A program made the position numbers and the translations under genes. Under the pieces are notes generated by a model. It was given only the letters and a program-made list of their open reading frames with translations. It did not search any database and had not been told where the DNA came from. A stretch of DNA of 64,000 nt from Acanthaster planci (Eukaryota): contig NW_019091362.1 in the NCBI RefSeq assembly GCF_001949145.1, positions 2,840,204 through 2,904,203 of the forward strand, in the 5' to 3' direction. Each line of letters begins with the position of its first letter. Within the stretch, counting starts at the first letter, position 1. Positions 24,729-36,429 of this stretch are shown here, piece after piece.

Positions 24729-27700
24729 CTGAAAAAGAAAATAGTATGTGCTACTTGTAACAGGAAAAACGGATACACTGAAAACAGTTTGAATAACAAA
24801 GCAGTGCATTAAATATGCATCGCTTTATACATGTCAAACATCAAAAAGATTTAACACTGCCCTTCACTGACCACAGTCAAATCTACACATATATCTTTCC
24901 CGTTGTAGATGAAGGTGACACCAAGGTGCTTTCAAAGATATAAATGGGGCACATTTTTTTTTTAATTTCTTCAATTTAGGTGGATGAAACCCTGATCTGC
25001 TGTTGTGTAATAACTGTGAAGGTTTTATTTGAAATTCCTGTTGTAATGCATGCACATGTACATGTACATGTATGTGAAGTTGTGAATTAAGTTACTGGAT
25101 TCAGTGTAACGTGTCTTTGGCATCAAAGAGATGCTGGATTTTTTGTGCAGACAAAAGGATAGGTTTGCATTTGTCTCAAGGAAAAAATAACAGTTCCGAA
25201 AAAGCGACATTTTAATCTGCACACTGAACGACTTATAAAGTCACTATGTATGAGTGTTTGTCTTTTTTTTCTAAATTTCTATGGACGACTGGTATGGGTT
25301 GATCTTTTCAGAAATTCAAATATCTTACATCAAGTTTTGACTGTTCACTTGATAGAACTGCAAAGAAAAACACTTGAAAGGTTCAACGAGCCTTTTCAAG
25401 AGATGGAATTTTGCAGCAGATGTAAATCCTGTTCATGCCTCAGGGGTATTATTCATAACTTCAAAAAGGTACAGCAATATGATGTGGCATGAAAACGTTG
25501 GGCTGAGTGTTTGAAAAAGGCGGTGCATGACAGTACACTTGTGCTGAAAAGGTAAAGTGCAGGGACGTTACGTCGGGGTTGCAACAGACAACAGCAAGAG
25601 AAGTTGGGAATCAACAACACTGTCCCTCATTCAAAAAGGAGGTTCACGTCACTTGGAGGCAACATGAATAATGAGCATGTACAAAGAGAGTGCAAAGAGC
25701 CATCACATACTAAGTGTCAAGAGTTGGGAAAAATGGTCCTCTTACAAGCCCAACATGTACATATATTCCTTAGGCAGTGGTGTCACTTGGAGTTGTAAAT
25801 TCCTCCATCCTTTATGTTGCACACTGAAGACATCTTGAGACCTGAAATGGTCAGGCTACGGAAGTTACGAGAGTGGTTAATTAAGGAAGGCAGAAGGAAC
25901 AGCCGTGATGGAAAATCAAGACTACTGAATTATGTAGGCTACATAATGTCATGACCAATGACAGTTATTACCAATTCTTCAATATTTTAAAAGTGTTTGA
26001 AACATTTCAGAAACTTTAAACCAAACTTTTAAAAATTCAGTACCCGAACTTTGAATCAAAGAACTCCCCTTAAGTTTTTTTTTCAATTTCGATCCTGGTT
26101 GGTACATGTATGTCAATAGGCTTTCAAAGACAGTGGTCCTTTCAGCCAGGTGTCAAACATTAAATCAAAATCAAACCTATAGCATTTCGAAAAGGAATGC
26201 GATATTCCTTCATCCAGTAACCTGAGTGCTCTGTCTTGAGGCAGCCCTTTCCGGGGGAACAACAGGCGCTACCACCCCCTCAGCTACCAATGCAGAGACC
26301 CACTTACGAGCGCTGACACTCCTAGGTCAAGGTCGCGTCCCCTATACCAAAACCGCTAAATGGGGGTGAGCAGGCTGTGAACACGAGAATCCCTGCCAAC
26401 CACAGTTGGCGAGAGAGAAAAAATATACCGGGAAGAGAGAACGCGTGACAGAGAACTGCGCTAAATGTTGTGACATCAGCCAGTGTTCTTCAATAGGAGG
26501 GCATTGCCCAACTGGTCATTGACCTCAGCTAAGCCTCCCAGTAACTTGTCCTACTTCTTGTCAATAATGGAGATGTAGGGCCCTATTACAACACAGACTC
26601 TTAACCAGTATCTCAGCAGTAGGTGAGGAAAAAATCCTTTTGAATGGGACACAAAGAATGTTTACTCTAGTTCAAAAGAGAAGGCACAGGCATTACAACA
26701 AATTTCTCAAAGGAGCACCAGTCCTGTAATGATGGAAAACAGGCATGCTGCCCTCTCTTGAAAACATTTCCTTTTTTTTTTAAATGTCTTACAAAAATAT
26801 ACTGGCACAATAAAAACTCCTTTTAGGTTTTTGCTGGACTACAGCCAACTCAACTGGAAGGTACATGTAAAATACAAAGAGAGCTCCTGAAAAACATCTG
26901 ACCAGCACAAAATGACACAGGCAGTGAGCGGCAGAGAAGGGCATGTGCAGTCTGTTATTAACCTGTACACCTGCACAATTATGTACAGGATGTATAAATA
27001 TCCCACATAAGAAGCACATTACACTGTCTCAATCAATGTGATTTAGCCTGGTTGGGGCACAAATTTATCAAGTATTGCTTTGGATGCATGTAATCACTTG
27101 TCTGAATTATTCTGTAGGTTAAGAGCTGTGAATAAATGTGTTGCTATTTCGCACGTATTACTTCGTTTTCTTCCATTTTGAAAATGTAATTTGAGCCCCT
27201 ATTATGATACCTATGCCTTAACTACATGTACATGTACAAAACAAGATGACCTCTCTGTGGCAACTGGAATAACGCCAAAAGTAGACACTCATCCTCAAGA
27301 CAGCAGTCAAACAGGACCATGGAAAACAGTGACCATTGAATACCAAATAGATTTCTCTGAAACAATGTTGATTTAAGGCAGCATGTACCATCCTCCTCAA
27401 TAAATCATTATTGCTCTATCCAGGAGAGCGCATACAATCAAAACACCCACAGAACACAATCAATATTCTAGTTTCTATCCTATGAACAAGATTCAGACAA
27501 ACACTTCCCTGTGCACCAATATAAACACTGAAACTTCACCACTCCATTGAGACAAGTTTGACACTGGTGATACAATGACTGAATACTAGTACATTTTAAA
27601 CTCATGAATTTCTTTCCTAGAAATGCGCAGACGGACTAAGTTGGCAATGAATACGTGATGGCTTCCATAAATTTTTACTGGCTCCATCCTCTATGATCGA

Positions 27701-28852
27701 GCAGACCTTACGGTGACTTTTGGTTTTTTGCCAACTAGTCATATCTAGGCCTGTTATGTCTTCAGAGAACCCCCTACTCTGAGTCCCTCACAAACAAGCA
27801 CGCGATCCTGTCAATCCCCATCGCCTGGCATGTGAGCAATTCCCACCCTGGCACCGACCCACAACCGACTCCTTAAGAGGTCAGGCCGTCAACAGAGGGC
27901 CAGCTGCAGGAAGTCATGTGACCCTTATTCGACCTCTTCGCTGATCCCTTTCCTCCGTGGCCTTCCTAGTTAGCTCCACTGAGCAGGGCACAAGGAGGTT
28001 GAGTGCGTTTGCCTTCCAAATGACCCTAACCCCATGGCAACTAGTACTGTGTAGTGACAAAAAAACAAGAGCCAAAATGCACTAACAGGGATGATGTCAG
28101 AGCAATCAAGTGGTGTGGGTTTCCAAGAAGGCGGAGACAGGGAAGTGTGTAATGTACACAGCAGAGAAATGACGTGTACACAACAAGGAAGTTCACTCAC
28201 CAACGATGACTGTCGACCATGCTCATAACTAACCTTGAAATGTATACACAGGGGCATGTGGATGTGCAAAACATGACCGGATACATTTTCAGAACCCCAT
28301 CACACATGTACACTCATCCTTTTCACAGAATTTCCTTGAATTTTGCAATGCAGGCCATCCCTTCAAATCAACATTTACTAGCTTCCGGTCCCATTAGGCA
28401 CACACTGCCAACATACATGTACATCTTTCACAGTTGCATACTGGGGCCCCTGGAGGAATGATGCCAGTTTTCCAGATGGAAATACCAGCTGTATGCATGG
28501 GAGCATTCAAGAATCATCAAGGTAAGACGAAGGATGAAAGTATTATAACGTATCTTCACAAATTTCAAGGCTGGCGCTAGTTTTTCTCCCACCACAATTT
28601 TAAAAAATATGAGCTGCAAGAGAAACTGTGACCGTTAAGTAATCCATGTTCTTTTTCTTCAGTCTCAACAAAGACAACGAAATATTTCCTGATCTGAACC
28701 TGGGAACCCCAGAGGAAATCCTTCCACCCTGCCTCAAGTTGAAGTTTTACCAGTTTAAGGATCTCTTTACTCAAAGGAAGGTGGCCAGACGTCTTGCAGC
28801 CTGGGAATACGCTCACAGTAGGCAAATTAGGAGCAAGGCCATTGCACCGTTA

Positions 28853-29027
28853 CAGGGGTGATATTGACCAATGATAACAATAGCTGAAAACAGCTGAAAA
28901 CTAGCATGAAGAAGCTGAACTGTGAAAATCTCCTATACTTTTATACACCGCCAGTGAGGAAAAAAAAGCTGAAATCTAAAACAAAAAAAGCTGAAATCAG
29001 CTAAAAAGCTGAGAAATTTCACCCCTG
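28853..29027. mobile_element. 175-bp non-autonomous DNA transposon (MITE, hAT-like CAGGG termini)
   Basis: 13-bp TIRs CAGGGGTGATATT / AATTTCACCCCTG with one mismatch. Flanking direct repeats CCGTTA (28847-28852) and CTGTTA (29028-29033). Several internal AGCTGA(A) repeats. Confidence 0.7.
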
Positions 29028-29736
29028 CTGTTAGTTCAGTGGTTAAGAAAATGAATGCCATTTCATTTGATCCTCCATACATGTACATGAAAACTCAACC
29101 TACCAATATTTGGATACCATTCGAATTGCATGCATAAAGTCCAGTAATTAGGAATAATCACTCCTCTAAAGTGGAAAGACAACATTTTATAGAACTTGAG
29201 TAACTCCATGTCACATTAGCCTTTGGTTGTCAGGTGACCAACTCCCATGAACTTTTCCACAGAACTACATGTACCTAAGAGCATGAAATGAACACGAAAT
29301 AGACTTGAACTCTTTGCTACATGTACGAGTCATTTCAGAGATTTGCCCACCACAAAGTACAACCTTGTCTTTTATACTCTCATTCGCAACTGAGCATTTT
29401 TGTGTGTGCACTGCTTATACCTCAAACCGTTTCAAGACACTTTCTTCAAGATGATCGAGGGCATAGGAGACATCCATTATCTAAGAGTTCACTAAAACTG
29501 ACCATTAGGTTTTCATGATGAAAGGTCTCGAAAGACCAGCACTTTTCAAAACTTTGTTGGCGTCACGTTTGACCCTTTCTGGCACAAACATGCAAACTCT
29601 AAATGGTTTCATTTTTGGACTACATAAAAATGAGCCGCACATCTTTGCTGACATTTGAAGGTTGAAGTTGTGGAATGACCCACCGGTACTTAAACCAACA
29701 AACACTCCAACAAACAACCAACAAATAAATACTCAC

Positions 29737-29787
29737 CGTCATCTGATTGCATCTGATCCCATCCCGAACTTCGAGGGGATTTCTTCC
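29737..29787 (-). CDS. 51-nt symmetric internal exon (phase 1-1): (G)KKSPRSSGWDQMQSDD
   Basis: Long pyrimidine-rich, AG-free tract ending TTTTTACAG (29788), donor ACG|GTGAGT (29736-29731), open in the phase-1 frame, length divisible by 3. Confidence 0.7.
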
Positions 29788-31088
29788 CTGTAAAAATTTC
29801 AAAAAGGAAAAACAAAAGTTGAAAGATAAATTCCCAAGAAATCAACAACTCAAGCACAAATTACTCTGTACCCTTACACACGTCAACAACAGAGGGCGCT
29901 CTTGCACACAAGTGTTTTGCTCTACAACAGATTTTGAAGTATGTACTGTACATGCACAAGTACATGTATGTCGTGTTAAGAGGGCAGACCAATGGGGAGG
30001 GCTCCATGGGCACACTGCTTCTTGCTGTAGAGGGGTCATGTCAATACCAGCTCGTGCAAATTCTGCTCTACCCTAAGGTCCAAGGGACCATTCTTTAAAC
30101 AGCTTGTCCATAATGGCAGAGCAACATGGCGGCAATAATTATTCACAATTTTTGTTTGTAGTTCGGCATAGAAATTTTACTATGTGCAAAAAGTGAATTC
30201 AATACATACAGTTATTTATTTCCCTGATAAATATCAACCAAAAAACACTTAGAACATATGTAACTGCAGAATTCAAAATATCAAGCAACTGGCAAAATTT
30301 CATATCAGGAATATGGAAACTTCAACCAAAACAGACAAAGAAATTGATGGTAATTTGATATGCGGATATTACTTGCTGAGACTCAGACGAGCACATGAGC
30401 ATTTCAAAACTCAAAGACAATGATAATTTAGGCTTCTTCATATGCTCAAACTGGGCAATGGTTTGATCAGGATTCAAAGGGCAACACTTTCAGGGAGGGG
30501 AGATGTTGACAGCCATTAGCAGAAAAGACTCAAGAGATGGGAAGGGAGAGGGGCAATTGGCCCTTGAGGTTCAGCCACACTGTCGGACTATTTATCTTTC
30601 CGGCTATGACATTTCGGTTGGACAGTCTATGTGGATTAGAATTGGGAATAATGTGCTGAGAAGGAAAGAAGAAAGGGCAAAAGGATTCACTGAAATTCTC
30701 AAGTATTTGAACAGCTCCGGGATGCATGCAAACCTTTAGGCCTCATACTTATAAACAAATCAGGGTACATTTGTAAGGCTAACATTCTCTCAAGTTACAT
30801 GTAAATGAACACTCCTAGGCCAAAGAAAACTGGCGAACATTATGAATTTGGACAGTTATAGTGTTTACAATTTCATATCCACATGCAAAAAAATATCAGG
30901 AAATGCCCTTATACAGCTGCGGTACTGCTACCAGCAGCCAAAATCTTGAATTTTTTGGACAACCTGAAGTGAAGGTATTTTTAAAAGTGAATCTATTTAA
31001 ATGAGAAGTGAAAATGTAACAAAGTGCCGCACAATGTTTGCTGACGAAAGTTACATGTATCGACACTCTACAATTCCAAAGACCGTGA

Positions 31089-31159
31089 AAGGGGCCGATG
31101 TTTTGATCCTAGCAAACTCTTTGAGAGAGATTCTGCTAGGATTGAAATGCTAGGCCCTT
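31089..31159. repeat. 71-bp imperfect fold-back (short palindromic MITE or RNA hairpin)
   Basis: Arms share the perfect core ATCCTAGCA / TGCTAGGAT, extended by G-T pairs to AAGGG / CCCTT ends. Confidence 0.55.
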
Positions 31160-31564
31160 GAACTTGTTAATGGGAAACAAATCACTCAAAAGAGACACAA
31201 TTCTGCACCATTAAGAGCCTTTGCTTTAATGATCAAACTCAACTGAAATGAACAACAAACTATTCTTATGAAAGCTAGCATGGACACTATCAACTAGCGA
31301 AAAATAAAATCGTCCAAATATATGTCCCAGGTATTTGTACCGTACCCAGTCCATGGAAAATACATGTACATGTATAGCTAAATTCCAAAACAGATTTCCT
31401 ACTGTATAAAACAATTTAACGATAGAGTCACAGACATCTGAAGGAAGAGCTACCATACGAATTCACCACATGATGCCTTGAAGTGAGTTAGTAACAGCCC
31501 TCCCTCCACCTCGCTGCAACACACTGACCTCAAACGGTCAAGAGACAATGCGGGCACCGTCCAT

Positions 31565-31578
31565 GTTGCCACGGCAAC
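31565..31578. promoter_or_regulatory. RFX X-box motif GTTGCCACGGCAAC
   Basis: Matches the consensus GTNRCC-N(0-3)-RGYAAC and lies in a CpG-rich intronic patch. Confidence 0.35.
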
Positions 31579-34500
31579 ACGACCAGACATTGTGCATGAA
31601 CGGTCTGGTAATTGGCAAAAGTGTCACATTTGCGTCACCCCGGTAAATCCTCCCAGACAGCGGGCTGTCAATTAACGTGGGGTTAACACCATTAGAAAGA
31701 GTGAATAATGGGTAAACTTTAAAGGAATCTGCAATAATAAACAAACAAACAAATACTGGCAACAAATTAAAAACTGAAGAGATGTTAAAATTGGAGGTTG
31801 GGGTTGCAAAGAACCTGTGCCGTGTTTTCAGAAAAAAAGGGGCAGGTTTCATAGTGGCTGTCATAACTTTGTTGTTCAATATTGATCGGTGATTATGAAT
31901 ACTTGCAGGTGTGCCTGTCCTTATACCCATAGGAATTTTCTCCTCTAAATATTAATATAAAAGTGGAACTAATTTTATTTCAGGTTGGGGGGAGTTTTTT
32001 CTAAGATGCGCTCTGGGTGTTTTAGGGCACATTTTGTCTACTTCTGTGGTGCCAATAATGTTTGTGACACTGCCACATTAGTTTAATGTGTTATTTTCTT
32101 CTGACTGTAACAAGGTGTCGATGTACATGTACAAGTAAGGATGCACATGTTCCGGTACTGTTTACTGTGCTCTGACACTGTTTCTGAAGCCCTGTGTTGC
32201 AACATCCCATCTGCTAAATAAGGGTAAGTCAAGGGCACATGACAATGAACATGTAAGATGCAGATCACTCCCACACAGCTCAAAGCTGGGTGCCCCTGAA
32301 TCTACAGAGATGATCCCGGGCCATACTGGCACAATCCCACCATTTCTTGGCCCAAACAGACCCCTCTTTTCGAAAGAATCTGTGGGGCTACTTTTTGTGC
32401 GCCTCTGCCTGGCGGAGAATTTTCCTTGAATTGGAACACTCCACCCCTCAATATCTGAAGGCTGCCCTCTACTGGTCAAATGAGATATCACCCATCTTTA
32501 GCCTCCTTTCCTCAAGTCTCCTAGAGCAACCCAAATTCATTGAGTCAACAGGCCTGTAACTTAATGACATCACGCTTAATTTGCATGTGCATTTTTAAAT
32601 GGCAGTCAGGTGGGATGTGATCCACTGAGCTCCATAGGAAAGCACACATGCACCGTGTATGATGTCAAAAAGCATGACATCATTATGCTTCAGGTCTGTT
32701 TTCCTTTTTTTTCTGCAACATATTCATATTCATCGGCCCCAAACAGGTTTGCCTCATACTACATGCATATGTGAACATCTTTGTGTGCATAACTGATGTA
32801 TTGTTGCGTTACTTGTACTGTACTGTATGTTTGCACTGAGTGAATGAGTTTTAAACAATACAGCAATAGATTTTATTCATGTGTCGGCACTCTTGAACTG
32901 AAAGTGTTTTGGCAAAGTGTTTCAAGAGTTAAAACAACCGTGATGAAAAAAAAAGGTTCAAAGCTCATCTGAAATAAAAGTGAAATATCAATTCATGCCC
33001 ATTTTTGCTGAGAATAGATTAAAGTTTGCGATAAATTACATCTATAGGAACATTTTGTCATCAACATATAAAAAAATGGAAGTGAGGTTTGGAACCTGAA
33101 ATAGTCTGGCACCATATCCCATTAAACAGATTACATTGAAAATGACAAATTCAGGGGACAAGATAAAAAGTGGCTTCACTGTGATTAAGATTTATTAATT
33201 TAATGCATACATGTATGTGCGAGCACAACTAGGTTCAGTACATGTATGCCATCCCAGTGCCATTCTAGGATAATTTACGTGTACATGGCAATAATACTCT
33301 GGGTCCAGCGGAAAATTCTTTATCTGGGTCATGCTTTTGAAATTCTAGGCACAAGTCTTTTCATTTTCTGTCAGGGGCCCATCTAACTCGGTAATGTCCA
33401 GGGGACTTAATAATTTGACTGGACCCAGGACGGAGAGACAGCAAAGCTAGCCCAGAAACACCAGTGCGGGTGACAGTGGGAAGGCTTGGGAAGATGCATC
33501 ACGCGGGCAAAATGCAGATTGAAGATGGCGAATATGCTATTTGGGACTCGTTACCTGGCCCCCCGTGGCCAGGCCGCAGCCAGGAGTAAGCTTATAAGCA
33601 CTGACAGAAGAGATGGGCAGTTGGAACTGAGCTGGGGAAAAAATGGCTCGTATTTTGTTGAGGGGGGAAATAAGCACAGATGATGAATAGCTTTTAAGGT
33701 TCCAGACAGATAAGATTTGCTTTCTGATTTGATTAAGCATAACTGCTTTGTTAAATATAACCGAAAAACAAAATATAGAAGTACATGTAAATGACACAAG
33801 GCAAGATCTGATACTCCAGTGGTTTTACACAATTTTCAATTTTTATCGTAACGCCACTGTGCATCATGTTGACTAAGAAAAGAGTTGGGCGGGAGAGAAA
33901 ATTTTGGGTGCATATGTGAAGTTTTTTGAGTGGTTATGCACTATTCTTTAGATTATCTTACTACATGGCATTTGGCTTCCTTTTATGACGACAACTTGAC
34001 ATTTCCTTCCTGTCCACTCTTTAAATGCTTCAAGATCAATTGTCACAAAGAACTCTTGTGATTTAATTGGAAATGGTAAAATGGAGCAAAATAACATTAT
34101 GGACACCCCCCCGACAGAAAAACCAGCTGAAGAAAGATCTGTTTTGAAAAGCAGGGGCGTGTATTTGTTTCCTGTTCTAACAATTCTCAAGGCGGCTTTC
34201 ATTCGCACGCACAAAACAACCTTGACGAGAGTCCTGCATTCAAATGCAGCTTGAAAAACGAGAGAAATACAGAAAATAGTTCAATTGTAATGTGCATGAG
34301 CGTAAGTGCTCTCCAGCGGCCGAGGAAAATGTCATGCAGACAGACAAGCTCGCAGTTGGGGGGACTTCACTATTTAATTATGGCCCAAGAAGGGAAAAAC
34401 GCACTCAAGGAAAGAATTGCATCAGTAAGAGGCTGGAAAAAAACACAGATGTGCAGTGCAATGATAGCCAGGCCACAAAAACATCAACGGAGTCTTCCAA

Positions 34501-36390
34501 TACACTCATCAATTTCACAACAGAAGAAAAAACCTACAATCCACAAAATGTCTCTCAATAAAAAAGTTCTCCTTGGCAAACCACTTTTAGCATACACTTT
34601 GTGTCAAAGCCAACAGTGAGCCTGCGGCAGCAGTGATACCTCGAATCTATCACTTCTTTTCCCATGAACACCAATGACAACATGAAATCTTTTTTATGTT
34701 TGAAGAATTTTTCCCTGTTTTCGTAAACTGGGCCACTTAACATCCCAGAAACCTAAAACTGTACGACTGCCACAAATTTCCTGTCCAATTCAACCAAGTC
34801 TTAACATCCCTCGACTTCCATAACACATTGCGTGACAACATGCACAGCCAGGCATCAGAAAACAGCAGGAAAAGTCATGCTGTCTAGACAAGTACAGTAA
34901 ATATGATGGCCTTGAACTTACAATAACCTGACAAAGTACCCTCATATTCAGTCTTACGGATACACCATAATCCATTGCTTACATGTACATGCCGATCAAA
35001 TCTACCATCCACCCTAAAAAAAAAATACATGCGCCCTGATATTTTTTTACCTTTTTCCAAAGCAATCTTAATTTAAGCATGTCATGGGCACGTTTTGCAT
35101 GGAACAAAAAAGAGATGCTTCATTAAATTCCTTTCAAAATATTCAGTATTGATTTTTTTGGGCCTCAAAACAAAACAAAATAAACAAAACAAAACCAACA
35201 AATTTATACATGATGAAACAAAATCGTGAGCTACATATGTTGATGTGACAAGGGGCAGAGATGCATTTGTTTGGGCGTGACACAAACACAAATAATAAAG
35301 TTGTAAAAAAAGACAATAAAAACCAATATTAGTACGAACATTATCAGCAGAGCAAAACTTTCTGGAGCCAGCACTTTTTACACATAAAACTTTGTTCTGA
35401 TAGCAAAGGAATTTATGTCAGACACACATGGATGTTTGCAACAGTTGTCACCCTTGGCCTCGTACGCCAGCGACTGCATACACCAGATTCTCTTGCCCGG
35501 AATATGGATGAGACGTTTCAATAACAGTTTGTGCCTACATGTACATCTACATGTACCAGCCAAAATGATGGACATTACTTCTACTAGTGTACATGTATCT
35601 GCAACCTTTAGTAGAAGGAAAAGTTCACTTGGTTTTATTGTGTTGAAAGGAAAATGTACAAGGCACCATACTGAACAGTACTATATTTTTAGCTGGTGTA
35701 GCATATAAATGGATCTATGTCTCAAGTTTTCCAAGGATATTGTATGTCTGAAATTTTTGCCAACAACATGTTGCACAATGTGGGTATACCATACGATCTG
35801 ATTTGGATATCCACTACACTCTGATTGATACTCCTCCTTTTTTAGTAAACATTCAGCTTGAGGTAAGCCCCACAATGTATGGAAGGGCAGAAAACCAACG
35901 TAAATGTAAAATCTACTTCAAAGTTGGTCATTCCAAGCACAAGATACAAAGATTTTGCAGGTTGAATTCCCTGCCAGATTGTTGGAATTTTGTTTGGGCA
36001 TTTTCAGTCAACCTTGAAGGCACGTCATGAATTGTGCACCGAATGTCTTCACGGCACTCTGATTTGGCATGAAAAAAAAAAAAAAAAATCTGACAGAGGA
36101 GTTTGTTCGGTCAATTTCCCGTTAGTATGTGATGCATGAGAACTACGGTGGACTGCAGAGAAAATTCCTCTGCAATCTTCCGGTGGATGAATTGAAATGT
36201 TTCTTCTCACGGGGTAAGCTTTTTATATAATGGCGGACCATTTGGCTCAAGATCCATTACAGATGTAGGGGTACATCTGCATGACTCCCCTGATGATTTG
36301 AAAATGAGATTGGTCCACTGAGAACCCTTTAGCAATCAAATTGCAACTACCCCAAGATGGGTCTCTACACTGAATTGCCATCGACACCGC

Positions 36391-36429
36391 ACATGTACAT
36401 GTACGGTATGTACATGTACATGTACATGT
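36391..36429. repeat. (ACATGT)n palindromic microsatellite, the longest of many copies
   Basis: ACATGTACATGTACGGTATGTACATGTACATGTACATGT. Similar arrays near 25054, 41338, 57014 and 60787. Confidence 0.85.

Noticed and set aside
2250..29900. CTCF-like motifs at about 2250-2263 and 29887-29900
   Set aside because: Imperfect matches that are common in repeats and cannot be supported without ChIP data.
31538..31728. Exon after the acceptor at about 31729 (DSFKVYPLFTLSNG...)
   Set aside because: Open in phase 1 but no credible donor before the stop.
20268..33331. ROR/Rev-erb elements at 20268, 24577 and 33321 as evidence of a clock gene
   Set aside because: About one to two matches to this degenerate consensus are expected by chance in 64 kb, so there is no enrichment.
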